Shown here: in pieces, positions 12,401 to 23,912 of the stretch
Position numbering within the stretch: position 1 is the stretch's first letter
How the letters are laid out: each line of letters starts with the position of its first letter
Origin: Spirochaetia bacterium
Lineage (GTDB): Bacteria; Spirochaetota; Spirochaetia; SZUA-6; Bin103
Direction of reading: 5' to 3'
Length of the DNA stretch: 64,000 bases
NCBI GenBank assembly: GCA_965198005.1
Contig: CBDAOI010000003.1
Coordinates: forward strand, 448,001 to 512,000
Position numbers and translations under genes: made by a program
The notes under the pieces: generated by a model
The model's input: only the letters and a program-made list of their open reading frames with translations
Told to the model about the DNA's origin: nothing
The model's database searches: none

Positions 12401-15400
12401 GTGGGCACGACGGAGCTGACGGCGACCTCCGCCGCCGCCGACCCGGCGACCTGGTCGGTGGCCGTGCCGGCGAACGCGGCGTACCTCACCGGCACCAGCG
12501 TCACGGTGACGGTGAGCGCGAGCAAGACCGGGTACACGGCGCCGAGCGACGTGACGCGCACACTCGCGGTGGACCTGGCGGCGCCTTCGGCGACCTACAC
12601 GGCGCCCTCGTCGCTGCAGGTGGGGGTGGCCGTCGGCGCCATGACGCCGAGCACCACGGACGCCGACATCGCCTCCTACGGCGCCACGGGCCTGCCGCCG
12701 GGGCTCGGCATCGACACCGGCACCGGGGTCATCGACGGCACGCCGGACACGGCCGATGCGAACACCGCCGAGGCCACGGTGACGGTGACCGACACCGCCG
12801 GCAACACCGACACCGTGTCGATCACTTTCCCGGCGGTGGCCAAGGGGGACCAGACCCTGACGGGGTTCGCCTACAGCCCCGCCACGGTGACCTATGGCGA
12901 CACCGCTCCGACCGTCACCCCCCCTACCGGGGTACAGACAACCTTGAGCTACTCGGCGGCGCCCGAGGGTGTGTGCACGGTTGACCCGTCCACGGGTGCC
13001 CTGACGCTCGCGGGAGTGGGCGAGTGCGTGATTACCGCCACCGCGGCGTCGAGCGCCGACTACAACCAGGGGACGGCCATCTACACGGTCACGGTGCCGG
13101 AGCTGACTTTGGTGAGCGTGTGGGACGCGCAGGCCGGGGAGGGCGAGGACATGACCTTCACGGTGTGGCTCTCGAAGACGACCGGGACGGACGTGACGGC
13201 GGACTGGACGGCCTCGATCGAGCGCGGCGACACGGCGGCGGCGGCGGATCTCGGGTCGACCACGAGAGGGACGGTGACGGTCGCGGCGGGGTCGAGGACA
13301 GGGACGTTCAGCGTCGCGACGGCCGACGATGCCACCGACGAGGAGAACGAGACCTTCACGGTGCGGCTGTCGAACCTGTCGTCGAACTCGCAGATTGGAG
13401 ACCCGGGGGCGACGGGCACGATCATCGACGACGACGTCTCGCCGTTCGAGCCGGCAACCATCCGCAGCGTGACGGTGGTGAGCGGCCCGGGCGCGGAAGG
13501 GGTATGGAGCACCGGGGAGCGTGTCGAGGTCGAGGTGCGCTACGACAAGCCGGTGGTGGTGGAGCGGCCGGATTGCTGGACCTACAACGCCGACGGAAGC
13601 TGCCGGCCGCCGGGTCCGTACGTGCTGGTGGCATTCCGCTCCGACGCGCGCCCGGGGTACGGCGAAGTGCTGTCGGACCCGCCGGCGCCGTACGAGAGCG
13701 GCTCGGGGACGGACCGGCTGAGGTTCGCCTACACGGTGGGCGCGGACGAGGACGGCGCGCGGGGCGTGTGGCCCTTTAGCGACGGCATGTTGCTGCGGGG
13801 CGCGACGATCCGCACGCTGGAGGGCGGGGAGGGCGCCTCGAGGTACACGCGCACGGGGGTGTTGCAGGTCACGGTGGAGCCGCGGTCCGGCGCGTGGACG
13901 GCGGGCGACCGGGTGCGGGTGAAGGTCAGGTTCGCGGGTTCGGTGCAGTATACGCCGCCCGCGGAGCCGCAGAACCTGGACCGGGTGGAGGTGACCGGGG
14001 GCACGCCGACGATCGGTCTGCTGGTGGGGGACCCGGAGCAGCGCAGGCTGGCGCGCACGGCGTCGTACGAGAGGGGTTCGGGGACGGACACGCTCACGCT
14101 CACGTTCGAGTACGCGGTGACGGGCGGCGACGGGCGGGTGAGCGCGGTGGAGGTGGTGGCCGACAGCCTGGCGCGCAACGGGGCGACGATCCGCAACGAG
14201 CATGGCTACGACGCGGAGCTGGATCACCTGGGTACGCTGTGGCACTCGTCGCTGGCGGATCGGCCGGGTTCGACGACGGAGCCGGTGACTATGTCGGTGG
14301 CGGACGCGCGGGTGCGCGAGGCGCCGGGTGCGACGCTGGACTTCGCGGTGACGCTGAGCCGTGCGGCAGCGGGTGCGGTGACGGTGGCCTATCGCACGGT
14401 GGACGGCAGCGCGCGGGCGGGGTCGGACTACACGGCGCGGCAGGGCACGCTGAGCTTCGCTGCGGGCGAGACGGCGAAGACGGTGCGGGTAGCGGTGCTG
14501 GACGACGCCCATGACGAGGGCGAGGAGAAGATGGGGCTGGTGCTGTACCGGGCGTCGGGGGCGATCCGGGATGACTACGTGGCCGTGGGGACGATCGAGA
14601 ACGCGGACCCGCTGCCGGCGGCGTGGCTGGCGCGGTTCGGGCGCACGGCGGCCGGGCAGGTGCTGGCGGCGGTGGGCGAGCGGCTGCGCGGCGGCGGGCA
14701 GACGCAGGCGACGGTGGCCGGCCAGCGGCTGCAGGCGGCGGACGCTGAGGCGGTGGCCGCGGCGCAGGCCGCCTACGAGCGGGCGTGGGCACAGCGGCTG
14801 CAGGAGGGCCGCCTGCAGGAGCGGCCGCGGGCGCCGGCGCTGCGCGACCTGGTGGCGGGCAGCTCGTTCAGCGTGACCGCTACGGCGGACGCCGGCGCGG
14901 AGCAGGCGCCGTCCGCGGAGCCGGGCGGGCGCTGGACGGTGTGGGGGCGCGGGGCGTGGTCGCACTTCGCCGGCAGCGCCGACGGCGGCGAGCTGCAGGT
15001 GGACGGCGACGTGATCGGCGCCACCGCCGGCGCCGACTACGAGCGGGGGGCGCTGCTGGCCGGTCTGGCGCTGGCCTACAGCACCGGCAGCGGCACCTAC
15101 GACCATGACTCGGAGCGCTCCGGAACCGTGGCGAGCACCCTGCTGAGCGTGCACCCGTACGCGCGGCTGGCGCTGCACGAGCGGCTGGCGGTGTGGGGGC
15201 TGTTCGGCTACGGGCTGGTCGGGCACCTGGAGCTGGACGATGCGGCGGCGGACGCGGTGGAGACCGGCACCGGGCTGCTGCTGGGAGCGTTCGGCGTGGA
15301 CGGGCTGCTGCTGGCGGCGGCGCACAGCGGCGGGCTGGAGCTGGCGGCGCGGGCGGACGGACTGCTGCTGCGCATGAGCTCGGCGGCGGCCACGGGGCTG

Positions 15401-16042
15401 GCGGCGAGCGCGGCGGACCTGAGCCGCTGGCGGCTGCTGCTGGAGGCCAGCTACGCCGGGCTGCCGCTGCTCGGCGGCGAGCTGAGGCCGGCGGTCGCGG
15501 TGGGCGGCCGCTACGACGCCGGCGCGGCGGAGACCGGCGCGGGCCTGGTGCTGAGCGGGCGGCTGAGCTACGCGCTGCCGGCGTTGGGGCTGACGCTGAG
15601 CGCCGGCGGCGAAGGGCTGCTGGTGCACGAGGAGGAAGGCTTCCGCGAGTGGGGAGCCGGCGGCTCGCTGCACTTCGATCCTGGAGCGCCGGGCCGCGGG
15701 CTGGCGCTGAAGGTGGAGCCCTCCTGGGGCGTGGCCGGCAGCGGCGCCGGCCGCCTGTGGGCGCTGCCGGACGCCGCCACCCTGGCGCCGGCGGCGGCGC
15801 AGCCGTCCCCCGGCGCGCGCCTGGCCGCCGAGCTGAGCTACGGCCTGGACGCGCCCGGCGCGGCCGGTGCGCTCACCCCCTACGCCGGCGTGGCGCTGGC
15901 CGCCGACGGCGCGCGCACCTGGCGCCTGGGCACCCGCCTGCGCCTCGCCTCCGGCCTCGCCGTCAGCCTGGAGGGCACCCGCGCCGAGCTCGTCTCCGCC
16001 GCCGAGCACACCCTCGCCCTCATCGCATCGCTGCGCTGGTAG
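3481..16042 (+). CDS. Giant autotransporter-like adhesin (~4,190 aa if repaired): signal peptide, LRRs, PKD/cadherin-like, 9 Ig/He_PIG repeats, Calx-beta, C-terminal beta-barrel; one frameshift near 7075
   Basis: ORFs 3346..7079 and 7097..16042 join once a 5-nt deletion (acggcatggcg vs acggtgacctatggcg in other repeats) is restored. ATGLPSGLGIDTGTGVIDGTP, DDAHDEGEE, amphipathic strands and terminal W. Confidence 0.85.
3757..4330 (+). repeat. 72-bp (24-aa) leucine-rich repeat array, about 8 units
   Basis: gacggggtgttc recurs at 3847, 3919, 3991 and onward; LTSLTxLxLxxNxLTTLPDGVFDE. Confidence 0.9.
5638..13095 (+). repeat. Nine tandem 831-bp (277-aa) near-identical repeats
   Basis: Unit starts at 5638, 6469, 7295, 8126, 8957, 9788, 10619, 11450, 12281; unit 2 is 826 bp. 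Confidence 0.95.
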
Positions 16043-16096
16043 TTCTCATGCTTCGTGGCGTGGGATCACGGAGTGACGTGCGGACCCGTCGGGTTT

Positions 16097-16917
16097 AAGC
16101 AGGTGCGGGAGTGGTACAACGGCTATAGCTGGATGGGCGACGAGAAGGTGTACAACCCGTACGACGTGCTGCTGCTGCTGCGCCGCCGAAAGTTCGCCGC
16201 GCACTGGTTCGAGACGGGGACGCCGGCGTTCCTGGTGGACACGCTGTTCGAGCGGCGGGTGTCGTCGGTGGCGTTGGACGAGATGGTGAGCACCGCGGAG
16301 CTGCTGTCGACCTTCGACGTGGAGGCGATCGGCACGGAGGCGCTGCTGTTCCAGACCGGCTACCTGACCATCACGGGGGAAGAGGAGCTGGGCGGCATGG
16401 CGCTGTACCGGCTGGGCTATCCGAACCGTGAGGTACGGCAGAGCTGAACGAATACTTGCTGAGCCATCTGGTGCAGGACCCGGCGCGGCAGACGGCGAAC
16501 AGCATGCGCCTGGCGCGGCTGCTGGAGGCGGTCGATTGCGAAGGCCTGAGAGGTCTGTTCCACGCCTTTTTCGCGAGCATCCCGTACCAGTGGTACACCA
16601 ACAACGACATCGCGAACTACGAAGGGTACTACGCGAGCGTGTTCTACTCGTACTTCGCGGCGCTGGGGTACGAGATCGTGGTGGAGGAGTCGAGCAGCCA
16701 CGGGCGGCTGGACCTGGCGGTGCGTGCCGGCGGGCAGGTGTACCTGTTCGAGTTCAAGGTGGTGGAGCTGGCGCCTGCCGGGTCTGCCCTCAAGCAGTTG
16801 CAGGAGCGGGACTACGCGGCAAAGTACCGGGGCGAGGGTCAACCGATCCACCTCGTCGGGGTGGAGTTCAGCCGCGACACCCGCAACGTGACCGCGTTCG
16901 AGGTGGCCGCCGGCTGA
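16097..16917 (+). pseudogene. AAA/PD-(D/E)XK copy 2: 3' half only, 1-nt frameshift near 16445
   Basis: QVREWYNGY..NREVRQS then LSHLVQDPARQ..FEVAAG; the upstream leader gggtttaag is fused directly to mid-gene. Confidence 0.9.
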
Positions 16918-17135
16918 CGATCCCCCGACCGGCGGCGTGGGCGACGGCGAAGGTCCGCGCTAGCGACGGCTCGGTGCCGTGCTTCGGGGACCGAACGTGC
17001 GCGGCGCGAACTCTTCCGTGATCTCGAATCGCGTAAATCGCGTAACAAGAATCCACGGCTTGTCATACCGTGTAAAGGTAAATTACACTTTGCGCATGAT
17101 CGGGCGCCTCTGCGGATAATGGGTGCCCCCGGAGG

Positions 17136-17378
17136 ATGATGATGCCCCTACCCAAGCGACCGAGAGACGGCAGCGAGCTGGCCAAGCTGGTGGTGGACAT
17201 GGCGACGGGGAGCGTTCCCAACGACAAGGAACAGGTACTCGCCGAGCTTGAGCGCCAGGCCGCACCGCCCACCGGGCGCGCCAAGAGCGCCAAAGCCCGC
17301 GCCGCCAGTCAGACGCCGGAGCGCCGCCGCACGGTGGCCGAGAAGGCCGCCGCCGCACGCTGGGGGGCACCGGCATGA
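17136..17378 (+). CDS. Small basic protein of the type found beside IS1/IS1595-family transposases
   Basis: KRPRDGSELAKLVVDMATG..KARAASQTPERRRTVAEKAAAARW; GGAGG RBS. Confidence 0.7.
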   Translation: MMMPLPKRPRDGSELAKLVVDMATGSVPNDKEQVLAELERQAAPPTGRAKSAKARAASQTPERRRTVAEKAAAARWGAPA

Positions 17379-17632
17379 CCGAGCAAGAACGAGACCAGCT
17401 TCTAAAGCGGCTGGAAGCGAGTGCGCAGCGCATCGAGCGCGACCACGGCGAGCGGCTGGAGCGCATCGAGTGCATCCAGCGCGACCACGGCGAGCGGCTG
17501 GAGCGCATCGAGCGCGACCACGGCGAGAAGCTGAAGCAGTTGAAAGAGAGCGTTGACGGCATCGAGAACCGGCTCGATGAATGGCTGGTGGAGCTTCAAG
17601 ACAAGCAGTTGCTGGACCCGGCAACCCGCTGA
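17375..17632 (+). CDS. Hypothetical coiled-coil protein with a 33-bp internal repeat
   Basis: ATGA overlap with the previous gene; RIERDHGERLE about 3 times. Confidence 0.55.
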   Translation: MTEQERDQLLKRLEASAQRIERDHGERLERIECIQRDHGERLERIERDHGEKLKQLKESVDGIENRLDEWLVELQDKQLLDPATR

Positions 17633-17749
17633 CCCCTGGGGACACCTGCGGCCGCACGGTCGGAAGGGGCCGACAAAGTGGGTGGGGTGTTGCGTGACGG
17701 GGGCTTCCAGGGCAGCGTCTGCAACGGAATGAGCGCGCTCCATCGATAC

Positions 17750-17850
17750 CGCCGTCCCCTTTATGCGCGACCTGGCCGGCCGGCTGCGGAACCGCGTGCA
17801 GTTGACCACGGACGGCCACCGCGCCTACCTCTCGGCTGTGCGTGGCGCTG
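17750..17850 (+). mobile_element. IS1-family DDE transposase fragment
   Basis: FMRDLAGRLRNRVQLTTDGHRAYLSAV. Confidence 0.7.
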
Positions 17851-17865
17851 CTGAACAGCCCCGGC

Positions 17866-18060
17866 CAGTACAACGGCTCCGAGCGGACGGTAGTCAGCGC
17901 GCTCAGGCAGCGTACCCGCCTGCGCGCTCTGCTCCACTTGCCCGAGGCGCCGGCGCAACTCGTCGGTGATCTCTTCGGTGGGGCTTTCGCGCAGGGTGGC
18001 GAAGTCGAGCGTTGCGGCCCACCCGGCGGGGCGTCGCGGGGCGAGGAAGCCGCAGCGCAC
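17866..18060 (-). pseudogene. Rpn-family nuclease fragment
   Basis: PAGWAATLDFATLRESPTEEITDELRRRLG resembles LDWSTLTLQDRSYVDEEL of the Rpn at 23913-25000. Confidence 0.55.
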
Positions 18061-18250
18061 GTGAGCGACAATCGCATCTCTTTCCGTGCGCGTCGGCGAA
18101 CAGGTGACTTCGGAGTGAACTTAGAAATAAAAACAGTATTCAAAAGCCACAACAAAACGCTCATGTCAAGAATCCGGCCCCGGCGGCCCCGGCCCGGCCG
18201 GCCTGATCCGCCCCACGCGGCGTGAACCTCCGTGCGGGCGCGGTGACGCC

Positions 18251-21200
18251 ATGGGCCGAGATTCCCACCGCAGGCGCCGCACCGGCCGTGCCGCCGTGGC
18301 GGGCGCGCTGCTGGCGTTGATCGCTCTGACAGTTCCGGACGGGGCGCAGGCTCAGACCGAGCAGACGCTGGTCAGCAATCTCGACACATCCACTACCTCC
18401 GGCCTGACAATCGAGAACAGGGAGCTGGCTCAACAGTTCGGCATCGGCAGCGAAGCAGCCCAGTTGACGAAAGTCGAATTGTATACGCGATTCTCAAACG
18501 AATAAGACGGGGACGGTGACGTTCGCGCCCGGGGACACGGAGCAGGACTTCCGGATCCGGGTGATCAACGACGACCGGGTGGAAGACACCGAGAAGTTCC
18601 TGGTCACCCTGCGCCCGGCGGACCCCACGCTGGTGACGGTCGCCATGTCCGAGCGCGAGTACACGATCGTCGACCTCGACGGTCTGAAGCTGTCGCTCGA
18701 CGTGGAGACGGTCGTGGACGAGGACGCGGGGGCGGCCACGATCACGGTCTACGCCGACGCGGCGCCCGTGGACTTCGAGTTCCGGTTCGACTACGAGACC
18801 CAGCCCGGCATCGTGGTCCCGGAGGCGCTGCAGGGTGACGCGGATTACACGGCCTACGTGGCGGAGGCGGCGGCGCTGACGTACGCGGCGGCGACCGAGG
18901 GTGCGGACTACCGGCGCACCACGGGGACGCTGACGTTCAGGCCGGGGGCGCAGCAGCGCACGATCACGGTGCCGCTCGTCGACGACGGCGCGGAAGAGGA
19001 GCGCGAGCTCTTCCAGGTCTGGCTGGTGCGGCGGAAGGAGACGGACAGGCGGATCCAGGATCCGGGGCGCCCGGGCCGGGTCGTGATCGAGGCCAGCGAC
19101 CTGCCGGTGGTGAGCGTCGGGCACGCGCAGGCCACCGAGGGCGATCCGGTGGAGTTCACGGTGCGGCTCGATCCCGCGAGCGGCAAGCAGGTGACGGTGG
19201 ACTGGGCGGCGTCGGCGGAGCCCGGCGACAGCGCCGGCGCGGGCGACTTCACGGCGGCGAACGGCGCGCTGACCTTCACCGCCGGCCAGAGGTCGAAGAC
19301 GGTCACGGTGGCGACGACCGGGGACAGCGCCGCCGAGGACGACGAGACCTTCACGCTGCGGCTGTCGAACGCGACCAACGCGACGCTGGCGAACCCGACC
19401 GCGACCGGCACGATCAGGGACGACGACGCGCCGCCGCCGGTGGCGCCGCAGGCGGAGGCGGTGGCGGGCTCGTACACCAGCCTGGAGGTGCGCTGGGGGG
19501 CGCCGCCGCCGGCCGGCGGCCTGGTGCTCACCGGCTACGAGCTGCGCTACCGCGAGCATCCGGGCGGCGCCTGGACCGACTGGGCGCACGCCGGCCTCGC
19601 GACCGCGGCGACCATCACCGGGCTGCAGGTCGACACCGCCTACGACATCGAGGTGCGGGCGGTGTACGGCGAGCTGCGCAGCGTGTGGGTGCGGGTGCCG
19701 GGGAGCGTGCGCACCGCTGCGCCGGAGCCGGCGGTGATCCGCAGCGTGACGGTGGTCAACGGTCCGGGCTCCGACGGGGTGTGGAGCGCCGGCGAGCGGG
19801 TCGAGGTCGAGGTGCGCTATGACAAGCCGGTGGTGGTGGAGCGGTCGGAGTGCTGGACATACAACGCCGACGGAAGCTGCCGGCCGCCGGGTCCGTACGT
19901 GCTGGTGGCGCGCGGGGCGTGTGGGCCTTTAGCGACGGCATGTTGCTGCGGGGCGCGACGATCCGCACGCTGGAGGGCGGGGAGGGCGCCTCGAGGTACA
20001 CGCGTACGGGGGTGTTGCAGGTCACGGTGGAGCCGCGGTCTGGCGCGTGGACGGCGGGCGACCGGGTGCGGGTGAAGGTCAGGTTCGCGGGTTCGGTGCA
20101 GTATACGCCCCCCGACAAGCCGCAGAACCTGGACCAGGTGGAGGTGACCGGGGGCACGCCGTCGATCGGTCTGCTGCTGGGGGACCCGGAGCACCGCGGG
20201 CTGGCGCGCACGGCGTCGTACGAGAGGGGTTCGGGGACGGACACGCTCACGTTCGAGTACCAGGTGACGGGCGGCGACGGGCGGGTGAGCGCGGTGGAGG
20301 TGGTGGCCGACAGCCTGGCGCGCAACGGGGCGACGATCCGCAACGAGCGGGGCTACGACGCGGAGCTGGATCACCTGGGTACGCTGTGGTACTCGTCGCT
20401 GGCGGATCGGCCGGGTTCGACGACGGAGCCGGTGACGGTGTCGGTGGCGGACGCGCGGGTGCGCGAGGCGCCGGGGGCGACGCTGGACTTCGCGGTGACG
20501 CTGAGCCGTGCGGCAGCGGGTGCGGTGACGGTGGCCTATCGCACGGTGGACGGCAGCGCGCGTGCGGGGTCGGACTACACGGCGCGGCAGGGCACGCTGA
20601 GCTTCGCTGCGGGCGAGACGGAGCAGACGGTGCGGGTAGCGGTGCTGGACGACGCCCATGACGAGGGTGACGAGAAGATGGGGCTGGTGCTGTACCGGGC
20701 GTCGGGGGCGATCCGGGATGACTACGTGGCCGTGGGGACGATCGAGAACGCGGACCCGCTGCCGGCGGCGTGGCTGGCGCGGTTCGGGCGCACGGCGGCC
20801 GGGCAGGTGCTGGCGGCGGTGGGCGAGCGGCTGCGCGGCGGCGGGCAGACGCAGGCGACGGCGGCCGGCCAGCGGCTGCAGGGCGCGGACGCGGCGGCGG
20901 TGGCCGCGGCGCAGGCCGCCTACGAGCGGGCGTGGGCAGAGCGGCTGCAGGAGGGCCGCCTGCAGGAGCGGCCGCGGGCGCTGGCGCTGCGCGACTTGGT
21001 GGCGGGCAGCTCGTTCAGCGTGGCGGCGGACGCCGGCGCGGCACAGGCGCCGTCCGCGGAGCCGGACGGGCGCTGGACGGTGTGGGGCCGCGGGGCGTGG
21101 TCGCACTTCGCCGGCAGCGCCGACGGCGGCGAACTGCAGGTGGACGGCGACGTGGTCACCGCCACCGCCGGCGCCGACTACGAGCAGGGGGCGCTGCTGG

Positions 21201-22186
21201 CCGGACTGGCGCTGGCGTACAGCACCGGCAGCGGCGCCTACGACCATGACTCGGAGCGCTCCGGAACCGTGGCGAGCACCCTGCTCAGCGTGCACCCGTA
21301 CGCGCGGCTGGCGCTGCACGAGCGGCTGTCTGTGTGGGGGCTGTTCGGCTACGGGCTGGTCGGGCACCTGGAGCTGGACGATGCGGCGGCGGACGCGATC
21401 GAGACCGGCACCGGGCTGCTGCTCGGAGCGTTCGGGGTGGACGGGCTGCTGCTGGCGGCGGCGCAGAGCGGCGGGCTGGAGCTGGCGGCGCGGGCGGACG
21501 GACTGCTGCTGCGCATGAGCTCGGCGGCGACCACCGGGCTGGCGGCGAGCGCGGCGGACCTGAGCCGCTGGCGGCTGCTGCTGGAAGCCAGCTACGCCGG
21601 GCTGCCGCTGCTCGGGGGCGCGCTGAGGCCGGCGCTGGCGGTGGGCGGCCGCTACGACGCCGGCGCGGCGGAGACCGGCGCCGGGCTGGTGCTGAGCGGG
21701 CGGCTGAGCTACGCGCTGCCGGCGTGGGGGCTGACGCTGAGCGCCGGCGGCGAAGGGCTGCTGGTGCACCAGGAGGAAGGCTTCCGCGAATGGGGCGCCG
21801 GCGGCTCGCTGCGCTTCGATCCTGGCGCGCCGGGCCGCGGGCTGGCGCTGAGCGTGGCGCCCACCTGGGGCGTCGCCGGCAGTGGCGCGGGCCGCCTGTG
21901 GGCGCTGCCGGACGCCGCCACCCTGGCGCCGGCGGCGGCGCAGCCTTCCCCCGGCGCGCGCCTGGCCGCCGAGCTCAGCTACGGCCTGGACGCGCCCGGC
22001 GCAGCCGGCGCGCTCACCCCCTACGCCGGCCTGGGGCTGGCCGCCGACGGCGCGCGCACCTGGCGCCTGGGCACCCGCCTGCGCCTGGAGTCCTCCCTCG
22101 ACCTGAGCCTTGAAGCCACCCGCGCCGAGCCCGTTTCGGCCGCCGCCCGGCACACGCTCACCCTCGCCGCCACCCTGCGCTGGTGA
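18251..22186 (+). pseudogene. Second autotransporter-like adhesin (signal peptide, LVSNL-type N-domain, Calx-beta repeats, FN3, shared C-terminal half), broken near 18505 and 19909
   Basis: About 19730-22186 is highly similar to 13450-16042. A 124-nt deletion at ggc microhomology shifts the frame. Confidence 0.85.
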
Positions 22187-22217
22187 CCGTGCGGAGCCGT
22201 CGGGTTTAAGATACGCC

Positions 22218-23768
22218 ATGATCAGGCGCCGGCTGCCGATCGGGATGCAGACCTTTCGCGAGCTGCGCGAGCTGGATTGCTACTACGTGGACAAGACCGC
22301 CTACGTGAAGCGGCTGCGCGACGAGGGCAAGCACTACTTCCTGTCGCGGCCGCGGCGGTTCGGCAAGAGCCTGTTCCTGGACACGCTGAAGGAGTTCTTC
22401 GAAGGCAACGAGGCACTGTTTGAGGGGCTCTACATCCACCACCGCCACGACTGGACGGAGCGCCATCCGGTGGTGCGGCTGAGCTTCGGCGGCGGCAACT
22501 TCAAGGAGCCGGGATACCTGGATACCAACGTGATGGCGCAGTTGGACGGCATCGAAGTCGCGGCCGGCGTGAGTCCCCGGTACGCGACCGCGCCGGAGCG
22601 GTTCGGGTATCTGATCAGGTCGCTGCACGAGCAGACCGGGCAGCGGGTGGTGGTGCTGGTGGACGAGTACGACAAGCCGATCCTGGACGCGCTGGTGGAG
22701 AAGCCGGAGGTGGCGCGCGCCAACCGCGACTACCTGCGCGGGCTGTACGGGGTGATCAAGGACTCGGACGCGCACGTGCGGTTCACGTTCCTGACCGGCA
22801 TCAGCAAGTTCTCGAAGGTGAACCTCTTTTCGCAATTGAACAACCTCACCGACCTGACCCTGGATCGGCGCTACTCGGCGATCTGCGGGTACACGGAGGG
22901 CGACCTGGAGACGGTGTTCGCGCCGGAGCTGGACGGGCTGGACCGGGAGCAGGTGCGGGAGTGGTACAACGGCTATAGCTGGCGCGGGACGGAGAAGGTG
23001 TACAACCCGTACGACCTGCTGCTGCTGTTCGACAGCGGCGAGTTCGCGGCGCACTGGTTCGAGACGGGGACGCCGGCGTTCCTGGTGGACACGCTGTTCG
23101 AGCGGCGGGTGTCCTCGGTGGCGTTGGACGAGATGGTGAGCACGGCGAAGCTGCTGTCGGCGTTCGACGTGGGGGCGATCGGCACGGAGGCGCTGCTGTT
23201 CCAGACCGGCTACCTGACGATCACCGGAGAGGAGACGCTGGGCGGCATGGCGCTGTATCGGCTGGGCTATCCCAACCGGGAGGTGCGGCAGAGCCTGAAC
23301 GAATACTTGCTGAGCCACCTGGTGCAGGACCCGGCGCGGCAGACGGCGAACAGCATGCGCCTGGCGCGGCTGCTGGCGGCGGTCGATTGCGCAGGCCTGC
23401 GGGAGCTGTTCCATGCCTTCTTCGCGAGCATCCCGTACCAATGGTACACCAACAATGACATCGCGAACTACGAGGGCTTCTACGCGAGCGTGTTCTACTC
23501 GTACTTCGCGGCGCTGGGATACGAGATGGTGGTGGAAGAGTCGAGCAGCCACGGGCGGCTGGACTTGGCGGTGCGTGCCGGCGGGCAGGTATACCTGTTC
23601 GAGTTCAAGGTGGTGGAGCTGGCGCCGCCGGGCTCTGCGCTGGCGCAGCTGCAGGAGCGGGACTACGCGGCCAAGTACCGGGGCGGGGGCGAGCCGATCC
23701 ACTTGGTCGGGGTGGAGTTCAGCCGCGACACCCGCAACCTGACCGCGTTCGAGGTGGCGCCCGGCTGA
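22218..23768 (+). CDS. AAA-ATPase-like + PD-(D/E)XK nuclease, copy 3, intact (516 aa)
   Basis: Uninterrupted frame with Walker A and B, WYNGY, YNPY, WFETGTP and nuclease motifs. Confidence 0.92.
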   Translation: MIRRRLPIGMQTFRELRELDCYYVDKTAYVKRLRDEGKHYFLSRPRRFGKSLFLDTLKEFFEGNEALFEGLYIHHRHDWTERHPVVRLSFGGGNFKEPGYLDTNVMAQLDGIEVAAGVSPRYATAPERFGYLIRSLHEQTGQRVVVLVDEYDKPILDALVEKPEVARANRDYLRGLYGVIKDSDAHVRFTFLTGISKFSKVNLFSQLNNLTDLTLDRRYSAICGYTEGDLETVFAPELDGLDREQVREWYNGYSWRGTEKVYNPYDLLLLFDSGEFAAHWFETGTPAFLVDTLFERRVSSVALDEMVSTAKLLSAFDVGAIGTEALLFQTGYLTITGEETLGGMALYRLGYPNREVRQSLNEYLLSHLVQDPARQTANSMRLARLLAAVDCAGLRELFHAFFASIPYQWYTNNDIANYEGFYASVFYSYFAALGYEMVVEESSSHGRLDLAVRAGGQVYLFEFKVVELAPPGSALAQLQERDYAAKYRGGGEPIHLVGVEFSRDTRNLTAFEVAPG

Positions 23769-23912
23769 CGGCACCCGTACCGAGCCCGTCTCGGCCGCCC
23801 CCGACCACCCTCGCCTTCGCCGGCACAACGTGCACGCGGCGGCATTGGCCGCCCCGTGAGACAGCCTCCGAGACTGCCCCCGCCGCGCCGGAGCTTGCCG
23901 CGGGAATTCAGG

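Noticed and set aside
7010-16009. 2999-aa antisense ORF and the Arg/Gly/His-rich tail of ORF 3346..12984
   Set aside because: Shadow frames of a GC-rich repetitive gene; the tail is the wrong frame after the 7075 frameshift
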